64,000 nt of DNA, from NCBI GenBank assembly GCA_946408025.1, contig CAMJQJ010000001.1:2109-66108 (forward strand), written 5' to 3'. A program made the translations under genes and the position numbers. This document shows positions 52,116 to 63,250 of this stretch, piece after piece (position 1 is the first letter of the stretch; the number at the start of each line of letters is the position of its first letter). The stretch comes from an uncultured Faecalitalea sp. (lineage in GTDB: Bacteria; Bacillota_I; Bacilli_A; Erysipelotrichales; Erysipelotrichaceae). Under the pieces are notes generated by a model, which saw only the letters and a list, made by a program, of their open reading frames with translations, made no database searches and was not told where the DNA came from.

Positions 52116-52430
52116 TTATTTGTTCATTTCCTGCATTAGATGCTCGATTGCTTTTTCACCATTTAATGAAGAATAATATTCAGGTTTCATCAAGATTACC
52201 TTAACATCATATCCCTGTGTATATTCATCAATATCATCCAAAATATAAGCCAAATGAGGTCCTACCATTAGAGCATCAATCTCATCAATGTAGTTATCAA
52301 TTTCAGATTCACTACGTGCTTTAATATCCATTTCTAAACCTGCTTTTGAAGCTGCTTTTCTCATGTTAGCTGCCATAAAACCAGAACTAGCACCAGAACC
52401 ACAAACTAATAGAACGTTCAATTTTTTCAT
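52116..52430 (-). CDS. PTS Lac/Cel family IIB component
   Basis: VLLVCGSGASSG, VGPH. Confidence 0.9.
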   Translation of the reverse strand: MKKLNVLLVCGSGASSGFMAANMRKAASKAGLEMDIKARSESEIDNYIDEIDALMVGPHLAYILDDIDEYTQGYDVKVILMKPEYYSSLNGEKAIEHLMQEMNK

Positions 52431-52521
52431 AAAATTTTCTCTCCTTCTCGTCTTTTAATAAATTTGTAACGCGTTTACAACATTATTATGGTTTATAATA
52501 TGTACTTATTCTACTTAAGAT

Positions 52522-52574
52522 TTGCACCTATTCAGTGCAGATAATTAATTGCACTAGAAAGGTGCAATTAATTA
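52522..52574. promoter_or_regulatory. Two TTGCAC-N7-GTGCA(A/G) inverted repeats, candidate PRD-regulator operators
   Basis: TTGCACCTATTCAGTGCAG and TAATTAATTGCACTAGAAAGGTGCAATTAATTA. Confidence 0.55.
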
Positions 52575-52642
52575 TTCGATTTTTACATTTATCTTTAGTA
52601 TAATAATTCTCTAGATAGACATTTTAACCAAGGTATATACAT

Positions 52643-54583
52643 ATGAAAGAAATTGATAAAGATATTATTCATACAATTTTAAATAAAGAAACTGTAACAT
52701 CTACAACTTTATCAGAGTACCTAGAAGTATCTGTGCGAACCATAAAATCACACATTAAACAAATCAATGAACAGCAAGATAATATTATTTCATCTTCAAA
52801 AGATGGTTACTATATCCCTTCCGAAAACAAAACTAAAGCAATGTTGTTTCTGTCTAATCAGAAAATACAAATTCCCCAAACTTCTAAAGAACGAGTGAAT
52901 TATATTATCACACATTTAATTCATCATAATGAAAATAAACAAATTCTAGATATTTTTGATTTATGTGAGGAGTTATGTATATCCTATTCGACACTTAAAC
53001 TAGAATTGAATAAAGTTAAGAAAATCATAAAAAAATATGATTTAGAAATAAAAATCGAAAACAATAAAATTAAGTGTACTGGATTAGAAAAAAATAAAAG
53101 AAAATTACTTTCTTCCACACTTTACAAAGAAAGTAATGTTAATTTTGTTAATATCGATTTTTTACAAAGCTCTTTTAGTAATATTGACATCAATTTTATT
53201 AAAACTTCCATTCTGAAAATATTTGAACAATATCATTATTTTATTAATTATTACTCTTTAATGAATCTTGTCGTTCATGTAACTATTGCAGTTGATAGAA
53301 TTCGAAATAACAACGTAAACAAAGAGAACATTAGTTTTTATTCTAATGTTCCTCTACATGAATACAACATGGCTCTTGATTTAGTTCGATTACTTGAAAA
53401 TAAATTTAATATTAAATATTGTGAGTCCGAAATTTATGAATTAAGTTTATTAATAGTTTCTCGAGCAACAACTATAGACTACAACAATATTAACGAAACT
53501 AACATAATCAATTTTGTCGGTCCTGATTGCTTGGATCTTGTAAATAACTTAATAAATGAAATTAAAACATACTATCTGATTGATTTAAGTGAGAAAGAAT
53601 TTTATGTACGTTTTGCTCTACATATAAAAAATTTAATCATTCGTTCGCAGAATGACTACTTCAATAAGAATCCATTAACAGAGAGTATAAAATTATCATG
53701 CCCCCTAATTTATGATATTAGTGTTTCCTTAGCAAAAAAAATCTGTGAAAAAACCGGGGTCAACATCAATGATGATGAAATTGCTTATATCGCTTTTCAT
53801 TTAGGTAGCGCTTTAGAAGCACAAAAAGAATTAACCTCTAAAGTAAAAGCTATATTATATTATCCAGATTATTATGGTATGAATACCACAATCAGTGAGA
53901 AAATCACCCAAAATTTTGAAGATTCATTGATACTTACAAACATTCTTACAAGTGAATCATTACTAGAAAAATCAAAAGATGTTGATCTGATCATAACCCT
54001 TATGCCTTTATCTTATCCATGTGATATACCTTATGTAAAAATTAGCTTTATTTTAAATCAATCTGATATCTATAACCTTCAAACAAAAATAAAAGAAATA
54101 CAACTTGAAAAAAAGAAAAAAGAATTTAGAGATAACTTAAATTTAGTAATGAGCGAGTCCTTATTTTCAACCACAAAAAAATCAATTGGACAAAAAGCAT
54201 GTATCAAAAGTATGGTAAATAAATTCCAAGCCCTTGGATATGTTCATGAAGATTATGAGAAAGAAATTTTAGAAAGAGAAAAGCTTTCCTCAACCGCTTT
54301 TGGAAACTTTGCTATTCCTCATACTCTAAAAATGAACGCAAAGAAAACAGGAATGGCAGTAATGATTTGCCAACCACCCGCTTATGTTGAATGGGACAAC
54401 AAACACATAAGTTTGGTTTTAATGATGTGCTTCAACCAAGATGAAAGATACATATTTAACAAGATATATGAACCTATCACAATGATTTTAAGTGAACCTG
54501 AAAATGTAAAAAGATTATGTCTTGCAAACAATTATAAAGAATTTACTGAAATTCTAATCAGTTTTATTGATAATACTATTTAA
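52643..54583 (+). CDS. BglG/LicR-type PRD-containing regulator with EIIA domain
   Basis: VSVRTIKSHI HTH, LVVHVTIA, FALHIKNL, EIAYIAFH, EREKLSSTAFGNFAIPH. Confidence 0.9.
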   Translation: MKEIDKDIIHTILNKETVTSTTLSEYLEVSVRTIKSHIKQINEQQDNIISSSKDGYYIPSENKTKAMLFLSNQKIQIPQTSKERVNYIITHLIHHNENKQILDIFDLCEELCISYSTLKLELNKVKKIIKKYDLEIKIENNKIKCTGLEKNKRKLLSSTLYKESNVNFVNIDFLQSSFSNIDINFIKTSILKIFEQYHYFINYYSLMNLVVHVTIAVDRIRNNNVNKENISFYSNVPLHEYNMALDLVRLLENKFNIKYCESEIYELSLLIVSRATTIDYNNINETNIINFVGPDCLDLVNNLINEIKTYYLIDLSEKEFYVRFALHIKNLIIRSQNDYFNKNPLTESIKLSCPLIYDISVSLAKKICEKTGVNINDDEIAYIAFHLGSALEAQKELTSKVKAILYYPDYYGMNTTISEKITQNFEDSLILTNILTSESLLEKSKDVDLIITLMPLSYPCDIPYVKISFILNQSDIYNLQTKIKEIQLEKKKKEFRDNLNLVMSESLFSTTKKSIGQKACIKSMVNKFQALGYVHEDYEKEILEREKLSSTAFGNFAIPHTLKMNAKKTGMAVMICQPPAYVEWDNKHISLVLMMCFNQDERYIFNKIYEPITMILSEPENVKRLCLANNYKEFTEILISFIDNTI

Positions 54584-54806
54584 TATTTTTAATCATTTTT
54601 ATTGTGCAATTAAATTCTTTAGAACCAAAATAAAGTCTATCATTAATATTACCTGTTACATATTAATATTTTTGATAAAAAAACTCCTAAATATTCCTCT
54701 ATTTATTAAAATACTTATTATAAGCATTAATAATTTTCTAATAAAAGTATTCTTGCTTTTAACTTTGTAATCGAGGAAAATATTATTAACAATATAGGAG
54801 GCACTT

Positions 54807-55706
54807 ATGCATTGTTATCAATGGATAGATAAGATATCTGAAGTTTCATTAGATCAAGCAATTAAAAATAACAATTCTTATTTAATTATTTGCGATAAAG
54901 AGGACTTTAACGAAAACCAGCTTTTGAAAAAGATATTACCTAAAAAATGGGAAAAAGACACAAAAAAAAGCAAATGCTATGCAGAAAATCATACAGAATA
55001 TATTTCAGGACATTTCGAGAACTTAACGAATTTAAATCAAACACATATCGAAATTCAATTTATATTATCTAAAACCTATTGTCTTTTAATCATCAATTCT
55101 TTAACTTTTGATCATTATCATGAATTACTAAATATCAGCTCAAGTCCCTTTGATTTTTTCACCAAACTACTAGAAAAAACACATGAAAAAGACTATGATC
55201 TTATTTCTAAAATCGAGGAAAGACTAGATGACCTTGAAGATTGCGCACTTGATAATAAGCTGGATACTTTTGGACGCTCTTACTCTGAAATTCGATTTCA
55301 AATTCGTCATTCATATCGCCACTATCTACAATTAGAAGATTTTTGTGATAAGCTTCTTGAAAACCATATCAATATTTTTAATAAAGGAACGCTTTTTGCT
55401 CTAACACGTTTTTTTGAACAAAGCAAAAGACTATGTGAATACCTTCGCGAATTACGAGAATATTCAATGCAAATCAATGAGGTATATGAATCTCAAATTA
55501 ACTTGCGTGAAAATCACACCATGAAAATCTTAACTTCTGTCACAATTTTATTCACTCCTGCAATGCTTATTGTAGGATGGTATGGAATGAATTTTGACAA
55601 CATGCCAGAATTAGATTGGTATTTTGGCTACTTGTTTGTGATTCTTTTATCTTTGACTATCACAACAATTACTTTTATCATCCTTAAAAATAAAAAATTC
55701 TTCTAA
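54807..55706 (+). CDS. corA: CorA-family divalent cation transporter
   Basis: MKILT..GWYGMNF..MPEL and two C-terminal TM helices. Confidence 0.88.
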   Translation: MHCYQWIDKISEVSLDQAIKNNNSYLIICDKEDFNENQLLKKILPKKWEKDTKKSKCYAENHTEYISGHFENLTNLNQTHIEIQFILSKTYCLLIINSLTFDHYHELLNISSSPFDFFTKLLEKTHEKDYDLISKIEERLDDLEDCALDNKLDTFGRSYSEIRFQIRHSYRHYLQLEDFCDKLLENHINIFNKGTLFALTRFFEQSKRLCEYLRELREYSMQINEVYESQINLRENHTMKILTSVTILFTPAMLIVGWYGMNFDNMPELDWYFGYLFVILLSLTITTITFIILKNKKFF

Positions 55707-55715
55707 CATAAAAAA

Positions 55716-55741
55716 TAAGAGTATCGTTTGATACTCTTATT
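55716..55741. terminator. Bidirectional terminator between corA and potCD
   Basis: ATAAGAGTATC-GTTT-GATACTCTTAT. Confidence 0.7.
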
Positions 55742-57626
55742 CTGCATTGCTCGCAACAACTTTAACTCGTGACCATAAATCTGAAATTATTTTTCTAGAT
55801 ACTTCGTTGTACTCAAAGACTTCATCTTTTTCATATCCTGTTCTAGGAACATAAGCGTTGATACCATCATAATCCCCACCTTCAGAACTTAACTCATCCA
55901 TAACTTCTAAATTTGGTGATGTATAACCAACATAACTTGAATTATCCATAGCAGCCTCATAAGTACACATAAAGTTTATGAATTCATGCGCTAAATCCAC
56001 ATTTTTTGCATTTTTTGGAATGACCATTGCATCTGACCACAAGTTCGTTCCTGATTCCGGCATATAATATCCCATATTCTCATTCTCGCTCATGATATAA
56101 GCTGCATCTCCTGAATATACCAAACCAAGAGCTTTTCTACCTTGAGCCATGTTATCTATAATTTCATCCGTTACTATCTCAGGTTCCATTGTCTGAACCG
56201 ATTGAACCAGCCAATCATAAGCTGCTTGCAATTCTTGTTCATTAGAAGTGTTCATTGAATAGCCAAGATCCTTTAAAGCCATCATGAATGAATCTCTTTC
56301 AGAATCATATAGATAGATATCTCCTCTATATTTTTCATCTAAGAAAATACCGAATCCATCTTTTTTAAGATCCTCTAAACTAACCTTTGTTTTATCATAC
56401 ACAATGCCAACTGTCCCCCAGAAATAAGGAACCGAATAATCATTGTTTGGATCATAAGGCAATCCTAGCACATCTGGATTCAATTGATCTAAGCCACTTT
56501 GAATTTTAGATTTATCCAACTTCTGCAACATATCTTCTTGAATCAAACGCTGAATCATATAATCACTAGGAACCAAAATATCATATGATTCGCCATTAGC
56601 TACTTTAATATACATCTGCTCATTTGAATCAAAATTATCCATCACAACTTTGGCACCAGTCATCTCTTCAAACATACCTAGCACTTCTTCACCAGTATAT
56701 TCTCCCCAGTTGTAAATGTGAAGTGTTTGCCCTTCATATGGTTTATTCTGTATAGATGAACCAAATCTAGTAAATCCAAAAAATGCCAATACAACCACTA
56801 ATACGCCAACAACACACTTCTTCCAAGGATTTTTAGAAGTTTTCTCTGGTGTTCTTTTTTGAATCATTGGAACAACATTTACCAAAACTAAAACAATGGT
56901 AATCAAAACTACAACCAATGTAGAAATCGCATTAATACTAGGATTTACACGTTTAGACATCGTATAAACCATGATGCTTAAGTTTTTAACTCCTCCACCC
57001 GTTGAAAAGTAAGAAATGATAAAATCATCAAATGACATTGTGAAAGCAATCAAAGCTCCTGATACGATTCCTGGCATAATTTGAGGAACGATTACTTTTG
57101 ATAATGCCTGCCAAGGAGTTGCCCCCAAATCCATTGCCGCATCTGCAAGATTAGGATCCAAAGATCGAATCTTTGGCATAACAGACAACATTACATATGG
57201 TATACAAAACGCAATATGCGCCAATAATAATGTAACAAAGCCTCTTTCAATTTTAAAAGTAATAAACAATAACATCAAACCGATCGCAGTCACTATTTCT
57301 GGATTCATCATCGGAAAATCATTGATTTGTGTTACAAGGTTTCGTATTACTTTTTTCGATTTTGATAGACCGATAGCTGTGATCGTACCCACAAAAGTAG
57401 AAACGATAGTAGCTAACAACGCAATAATTATAGTCACATATAAGGATTCCATCATACCATGGTTTTTCAACATAGCTTCATACCAACGAAGCGAAAAACC
57501 TGTAAAATGAGTTAAAGACTTGCTTTCATTAAATGAGAAAACAACCATAAATATGATTGGCATATAGAAGAAAACAATCGTCAAGACCATTAAGATCTTA
57601 CCAAAAATATTTCTCTCTTTTTTCAT
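55737..57626 (-). CDS. potCD: Spermidine/putrescine ABC permease PotC fused to binding protein PotD
   Basis: FSFN, AAMDLGA loop, SFDDF; then YNWGEY, PSDYM, PYFWGTVGI, WSDAMVIP. Confidence 0.9.
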   Translation of the reverse strand: MKKERNIFGKILMVLTIVFFYMPIIFMVVFSFNESKSLTHFTGFSLRWYEAMLKNHGMMESLYVTIIIALLATIVSTFVGTITAIGLSKSKKVIRNLVTQINDFPMMNPEIVTAIGLMLLFITFKIERGFVTLLLAHIAFCIPYVMLSVMPKIRSLDPNLADAAMDLGATPWQALSKVIVPQIMPGIVSGALIAFTMSFDDFIISYFSTGGGVKNLSIMVYTMSKRVNPSINAISTLVVVLITIVLVLVNVVPMIQKRTPEKTSKNPWKKCVVGVLVVVLAFFGFTRFGSSIQNKPYEGQTLHIYNWGEYTGEEVLGMFEEMTGAKVVMDNFDSNEQMYIKVANGESYDILVPSDYMIQRLIQEDMLQKLDKSKIQSGLDQLNPDVLGLPYDPNNDYSVPYFWGTVGIVYDKTKVSLEDLKKDGFGIFLDEKYRGDIYLYDSERDSFMMALKDLGYSMNTSNEQELQAAYDWLVQSVQTMEPEIVTDEIIDNMAQGRKALGLVYSGDAAYIMSENENMGYYMPESGTNLWSDAMVIPKNAKNVDLAHEFINFMCTYEAAMDNSSYVGYTSPNLEVMDELSSEGGDYDGINAYVPRTGYEKDEVFEYNEVSRKIISDLWSRVKVVASNAE

Positions 57627-57627
57627 G

Positions 57628-58458
57628 TTAGTCCTCCTTACCTGATTTCGCATCAACTTTTCGAACTAACATCATCAACAACATCATGACAGCTGCCATG
57701 ATCATTGATATAGCCGAACCAAAATTCCATTCTCCCACGGTAATAAATTGATTTTCAATAACGTTACCAATCAAGAAGAACTGTCCTCCACCCAATAATT
57801 TTGGAATAAAGAAAGAACTTACTGCAGGCAAGAAAACCAAAGTAATACCACTTACCACTCCAGATAGTGAAAGTGGGAAAACAACACGCAAAAATGTTTG
57901 AACTTTGTTAGCACCTAGATCTGCGCTAGCTTCCAACAAAGATTTATCCATTTTACACAAAGCCGTATTGATCTGAAGGATCATGAATGGCAAAAAGTTA
58001 TAAACCATACCAATTAAAACAGCTGTTTCAGTATACAATAGTTCCTGATCCCCAAAACCAAAGATCCCTAGGATATATGAAATGATGCCATCGCTTGATA
58101 ACAACCCGATCCATGCATAAGTTCTTACTAACATATTGATCCACATTGGCAAAGTTATACATAAAACAAGAATATTACGTACTTTATCAGATCGGTTGGC
58201 AATAAAATAAGCAATCGGATACCCTAAAATCAAACAAATAATAGTCGTTTTGATTGCGATAGCCAAAGAACGCCACAATATCAATAAAAAGTCTGGATCC
58301 GTAAAGAAACGAATATAATTATCAAACGTTAGCTGAAAATGTACAATTTCATTGCCCTGCTCCATCACAGAATAAGCGAAGATAAGCAGCATCGGAAGCA
58401 ATAACATAATTGCACACCAGACAATATAAGGCCACGCTAATTGTTTAAAATTACGCAT
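57628..58458 (-). CDS. potB: Spermidine/putrescine ABC permease PotB
   Basis: LPMWINMLVRTYAW, LLEASADLGA, LLGG. Confidence 0.92.
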   Translation of the reverse strand: MRNFKQLAWPYIVWCAIMLLLPMLLIFAYSVMEQGNEIVHFQLTFDNYIRFFTDPDFLLILWRSLAIAIKTTIICLILGYPIAYFIANRSDKVRNILVLCITLPMWINMLVRTYAWIGLLSSDGIISYILGIFGFGDQELLYTETAVLIGMVYNFLPFMILQINTALCKMDKSLLEASADLGANKVQTFLRVVFPLSLSGVVSGITLVFLPAVSSFFIPKLLGGGQFFLIGNVIENQFITVGEWNFGSAISMIMAAVMMLLMMLVRKVDAKSGKED

Positions 58459-60047
58459 TAGTATCCCATCTTCTCCATTACATGGATATCTTCAGGATAG
58501 AAAGTCAGTCCGATTTCTGCACCTTCTTCTACATAATCTGTTGTATGGATCTTAAATTCACGTCCTGTCGTCCAGAATGTTACTTTATAGATTCCTTCTT
58601 TTAGATTATCCACATCAAAATCATAATCAACACTAATATCTACAGCCTCATCTTCATTATCCAATTTCCAGCCCTGTGCATTTGCCCAAAGTTTTAAATC
58701 AGTATCCAGTGCCAAAGATTCTTTTATTTCATCGGCAGTTTTAAAGAAGTTAAATGCACTTACTGCTTCGTTAGCTTTTTTATTTTCAACAATATGCTGG
58801 TCAATTACCCAAATCTTACGTGTAATTGATGTATTCGACTGAGTTGAGAATGTAACCGTATATTCACCTATTTCAGGTTTTAGATCTGTTTCAATGTTAT
58901 TGATAGAGAAGTATTCATCTGTTTCAGGATTCCATGCCTGTGCATCCGCACGAGCAATGATTTCTTTATCATCAATATCTTTCATATCTTCAATATCTAA
59001 ATAGAAGTCATTAGCACTGATCTTGACCTTACCATCCTCACTAGTAATATCATGATTTTTTGTAATGTGCATATTCACTGTTACGTGTGTACCAGGTACC
59101 GTTTCAACCATTACTTCATAATGAACACCTTTAAAAAGCACGCTCTCAACAGTTCCTGTCATTTTGCCTTTTGCTTCCTCAACAATATCAATATCCTCAG
59201 GACGAATAACAACATCTACTAATTCATTTGGTTTAAAACCTACATCTACACAATCAAACGTAATATCGTCAAAACGTACTTTCTTATCCTCGATCATACG
59301 AGCCGGAATAATATTACTTTCTCCTATGAAATTAGCTACATAACGGTTTACAGGTTCATTATAAATATCTTCAGGTGTTCCCACTTGTTGGATTTCACCA
59401 TCTTTCATGATAACGATCTTATCAGACATCGTTAGTGCTTCTTCCTGATCATGTGTAACGAAAATAAAAGTGATCCCTACTTCCTGCTGAATACGTTTTA
59501 ATTCATATTGCATTTCTTTACGTAATTTAAGATCCAAAGCTCCTAATGGTTCATCCAATAGCAAGACATTGGGTTCATTAACTAAAGCACGAGCAATCGC
59601 CACACGTTGCTGCTGACCACCAGATAACAAGGTTACGTCTTTCTTTTCATATCCTTCAAGCCCTATAAGCTTTAACATTTTCATAACTTTTTGTTCAATA
59701 ACGTCTTTTGACATTTTTTTGATTTTTAAACCAAAAGCAATATTGTCATATACGTTCATGTGAGGAAATAGTGCATATTTTTGGAATACTGTATTTAGCT
59801 CACGCTTATATGGTGGCATTTTAGCAATGTCCTGCCCATCAAAGATCACGTGTCCTTCAGTAGGCTCAATAAAACCGCCTAGTATTCTTAATAAAGTTGT
59901 CTTTCCACAACCACTAGGACCTAATAGAGTAACGAATTCATTTTCGTAAATATCCAGATCAATCCCTTTTAAAACGATCTGTCCATCAAAATCTTTAACG
60001 ATATTCTTAAACTGAATAATTTTCTTTTTTTCCATCTCCATAATCAT
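58458..60047 (-). CDS. potA: Spermidine/putrescine ABC ATPase PotA with C-terminal insertion
   Basis: [36 protein letters not shown]; about 180 extra residues. Confidence 0.92.
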   Translation of the reverse strand: MIMEMEKKKIIQFKNIVKDFDGQIVLKGIDLDIYENEFVTLLGPSGCGKTTLLRILGGFIEPTEGHVIFDGQDIAKMPPYKRELNTVFQKYALFPHMNVYDNIAFGLKIKKMSKDVIEQKVMKMLKLIGLEGYEKKDVTLLSGGQQQRVAIARALVNEPNVLLLDEPLGALDLKLRKEMQYELKRIQQEVGITFIFVTHDQEEALTMSDKIVIMKDGEIQQVGTPEDIYNEPVNRYVANFIGESNIIPARMIEDKKVRFDDITFDCVDVGFKPNELVDVVIRPEDIDIVEEAKGKMTGTVESVLFKGVHYEVMVETVPGTHVTVNMHITKNHDITSEDGKVKISANDFYLDIEDMKDIDDKEIIARADAQAWNPETDEYFSINNIETDLKPEIGEYTVTFSTQSNTSITRKIWVIDQHIVENKKANEAVSAFNFFKTADEIKESLALDTDLKLWANAQGWKLDNEDEAVDISVDYDFDVDNLKEGIYKVTFWTTGREFKIHTTDYVEEGAEIGLTFYPEDIHVMEKMGY

Positions 60048-60062
60048 ATCCCTTTCTAACGT

Positions 60063-60596
60063 TTAAAATCTTGGTGGTGTTGAAACCCATAACACCTTAG
60101 CTGGTGTGTTGGACGGATTATACAAATAATGTGAATCCCTTCCTGAAATATAGAATGTTTCCTTAGCTTTGACCTTATATCGTTTCTTACCCATGACAAG
60201 TACGATATTCCCTTTTAAGACATAGCCAAACTCCTCACCTTCGTGGCTTTTTATCGTTCGCGATTTTTTAAGCGGGTTTATCGTCAACAAAATAGGTTCC
60301 ATCGCATTTTTTTGTGCATTGGGAATGATCCATTCGATCGTATGATCTTCCCCTTCATCAATAAAAAAATCAGCTTGATGAAATACGATTTGTTCTTCTG
60401 GTTCAGCAGCAAAAAATTCCGATAAATTTGTCCCTAAAGCCTCTAGGATATCCTCCAAAGTTGAAATGCTTGGACTTGTCAAATCTCTTTCTAATTGAGA
60501 TAAAAATCCTTTGGTCAATTCAGATCTTGAAGCCAATTCTTCCAATGTTAGATCATTGGCAATCCTCAACGCTTTAATCTTTGCTCCTATTTGCAC
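60063..60596 (-). CDS. Xre HTH + cupin regulator (PuuR-like) of the pot operon
   Basis: LTKGFLSQLERDLTSPSI, HEGEEFGYVLKG. Confidence 0.88.
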   Translation of the reverse strand: MQIGAKIKALRIANDLTLEELASRSELTKGFLSQLERDLTSPSISTLEDILEALGTNLSEFFAAEPEEQIVFHQADFFIDEGEDHTIEWIIPNAQKNAMEPILLTINPLKKSRTIKSHEGEEFGYVLKGNIVLVMGKKRYKVKAKETFYISGRDSHYLYNPSNTPAKVLWVSTPPRF

Positions 60597-60770
60597 GGCA
60601 TCCCCTCCTTTTTGTTTACTTTTACTAAACTTAAAATTTATTTAAGAAAACACAAGACAATTATACATAAAACGCAGAAAGATTCAATACACAATTATAA
60701 AAACATTAAATAATTTTACACTAAGCTCTATATATGTTATATTTTTGAACGTGCAAAGGAGAAAATTAAT

Positions 60771-61622
60771 ATGATAAAATCAATTCTACAAGGTATGGTA
60801 GTCGGAATTGCTAACATAATCCCTGGAGTCAGCGGTGGAACCATGATGGTCGCAATGGGATTATATGATAAACTTATACATTCAATTACACACATTAAAT
60901 CAGAATTAAAAGAAAGCTTGAAACTGTTAATTCCTATTTTTGTAGGTGCTGGATTGGCAATTGTCATTCTTTCAAGATTATTTGAATATCTTTTAGAATT
61001 CCATCCAATCCCAACGAATTTTGCTTTCTGCGGCCTCATTGCCGGAAGCCTTCCTTTTATTCTAGAAAAAGTAAAAGGATCTAAGCCAACAAAAATAGGA
61101 AATGTGATTCCATTTTTAATTTTTTTCATTATTGTTATCTTAATGGCTGTCCTAGGCGAAAACGAAGGCGTTGCTACTACGATAAGTCTTAATCCTATTG
61201 AGCTTATTAAATTATTAGGTGTTGGAATCATAGCTGCCGCAACAATGGTCATACCAGGTGTTAGTGGAAGTATGATGCTAATGTTATTAGGATATTATGA
61301 AACAATACTTGCCTACATCAACCGAACTGTAGATGCCTTAACTTCTTTCAATATCGGCAGTCTAATCGATTGTTTCCTTGTTTTGGTACCTTTTGGTATT
61401 GGTGTCGTTCTTGGAATTTTCTTGATCGCAAAACTTATTGAATGGATTTTCTCAAAATGGGAAATCCAAGCATATTACGCAATTATCGGATTGATCGTTG
61501 CAAGTCCAATCGCAATTCTCTTAAAAACAAATTGGGCTAGTTTTTCAATATTCACCCTGATTATCAGTATTATCACATTCGCTTTAGGTTGGTTTATTGC
61601 CAGCAAACTTGGTGGAGAGTAA
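60771..61622 (+). CDS. DUF368 membrane protein
   Basis: Repeated IPGVSG(G/S) motifs. Confidence 0.88.
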   Translation: MIKSILQGMVVGIANIIPGVSGGTMMVAMGLYDKLIHSITHIKSELKESLKLLIPIFVGAGLAIVILSRLFEYLLEFHPIPTNFAFCGLIAGSLPFILEKVKGSKPTKIGNVIPFLIFFIIVILMAVLGENEGVATTISLNPIELIKLLGVGIIAAATMVIPGVSGSMMLMLLGYYETILAYINRTVDALTSFNIGSLIDCFLVLVPFGIGVVLGIFLIAKLIEWIFSKWEIQAYYAIIGLIVASPIAILLKTNWASFSIFTLIISIITFALGWFIASKLGGE

Positions 61623-61683
61623 GTTCTCCACTTTTTTTGTTAAAACTTGCACTATGAGTTCCCCATATAAAAAAACAGGAATA

Positions 61684-63093
61684 TCATCTTCCTGCTTTCT
61701 GTATCCATTCTTTTGTTTTCATTAAATCCTTAGGAAAGATTTTGAAATCTTTTAACTTCCAAGTCCAGTTCATTAAATCTTCTACCATTGGGTTATTCAA
61801 TCTAGCTTCCTCTTTATACCCACAAATATCCCATATAGGAAGAATACATATATCGGCCGCTGAATCTAAGGCAAAATGACAAATCATATCATTGAAATTA
61901 CGCTCTGTATAACCTTGTTTCTTCAAAAAACGCCTTAAACTGATTCGATGATTATTGTCATATCCATAATAAGCCTGATTAACCGTTTCATGATTTTGCG
62001 TGCTAGTATACAGTACCGAATCTTTTCTTATGTTCTTTTTAAGTTCTTTTACTTTCATCCTATCTAAAAGCACATCAACGTTTGTCATTCCAATCTCAAG
62101 ATCATCACATATCTTCTCTAAACCTTCAACAATTAAATGAAAACTAGGAAATTCATGTTTGACCATGATCAATAACGACTGTATCAAATCTTTAAATTCT
62201 TCAAGATCGACCAGTTCATCAATTTTTAAATAATCACTGATGATTGTATAGTAGTCTATCTTGGCAATATCAAAACATCGGCTAAGCCAGCGAATTCTTT
62301 TTTTCCAAAAGCTAAATCCATCAATCAATTGACTTTTAAAATCATGAATCGGCATATGATATGCCTGATTATTTAGAGCCTTAGGATTCCCATTTTCATC
62401 TAAGAGAAAATCGAATCGATTTGCCCATACATCCGCACTATCATAGTTCACGAAAGCGACATCTGAAATTAACGTGATTTCTCGTGCATGTGCGTACATC
62501 ACAATATCATCAAATTGTTTATAAAATATAAATTGTAGAAATTTCGAATAAAATATTTCATCTTTATATTCAGAAAGATCCACTTCTTTATATAACGGGT
62601 AATTTCGATATTTCGAATCCCATTCGATCCAAGGCCTCTCATCATTTAATGATCTAAACAACTGATAAACCGCCCAGTCTTCTAACCAGAAGGCAGTTTT
62701 TTCAAAATACTCAAAATCATCTTTAAAAGACTCATAATTTTTCTTAAAAGCTCTAAATGCTCGTCTAAAGTATTCACTCTTAAATACTCTAACCGTTTCA
62801 TAATCTACTCTATCTTTAAATTTATTACAATTGGTTATAGAACTTTGTGTTAACAGTCCCATCTCGCAAAGTCTGTCTAAGTTTATATAAATGGGATCAC
62901 CCGCAAAACTTGAAAGAGCGTGGTAGGGAGAATGGTTTTTTCCTTTTGCCTGTAAGGGCAATATTTGCCAAACGTGATAACCTGCATCCGCAATACAATC
63001 AATCATTCTTACCGTTTTTTGTCCTAAATCCCCTATTCCTTGATTTGCCGGTACTGAAAACATAGGACACAATACACCTGCGCATCTTTCCAT
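61684..63093 (-). CDS. malQ: 4-alpha-glucanotransferase (GH77)-like protein with degenerate active site
   Basis: GIGDLG, WQILPL, SPY..SSFAG, DSADVWAN, NWTW; THD motif altered to TQN. Confidence 0.8.
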   Translation of the reverse strand: MERCAGVLCPMFSVPANQGIGDLGQKTVRMIDCIADAGYHVWQILPLQAKGKNHSPYHALSSFAGDPIYINLDRLCEMGLLTQSSITNCNKFKDRVDYETVRVFKSEYFRRAFRAFKKNYESFKDDFEYFEKTAFWLEDWAVYQLFRSLNDERPWIEWDSKYRNYPLYKEVDLSEYKDEIFYSKFLQFIFYKQFDDIVMYAHAREITLISDVAFVNYDSADVWANRFDFLLDENGNPKALNNQAYHMPIHDFKSQLIDGFSFWKKRIRWLSRCFDIAKIDYYTIISDYLKIDELVDLEEFKDLIQSLLIMVKHEFPSFHLIVEGLEKICDDLEIGMTNVDVLLDRMKVKELKKNIRKDSVLYTSTQNHETVNQAYYGYDNNHRISLRRFLKKQGYTERNFNDMICHFALDSAADICILPIWDICGYKEEARLNNPMVEDLMNWTWKLKDFKIFPKDLMKTKEWIQKAGR

Positions 63094-63227
63094 ATTTTTA
63101 CCCTTTTGTAACCCCTTTCACCTAAAAGGATTTTAGCACACATAGGCCTTTTTGGGTATATAAAATTTAAAAATAGGAAAATACAAATCTATATATTACT
63201 ATCTTCTCGCTATAATCTTACTCATTA

Positions 63228-63250
63228 AAAAAGATCCATAGGATCTTTTT
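63228..63250 (-). terminator. Terminator of pyrF
   Basis: AAAAAGATCC-ATA-GGATCTTTTT. Confidence 0.65.

Noticed and set aside
52465..52479. TGTAACGCGTTTACA as a cre site
   Set aside because: One base longer than the 14-bp cre consensus; may be a LacI-family site but not supportable
54567..54770. 67-aa hydrophobic ORF after the PRD regulator
   Set aside because: Extremely AT-rich intergenic sequence giving I/L/F/K/N bias; no RBS
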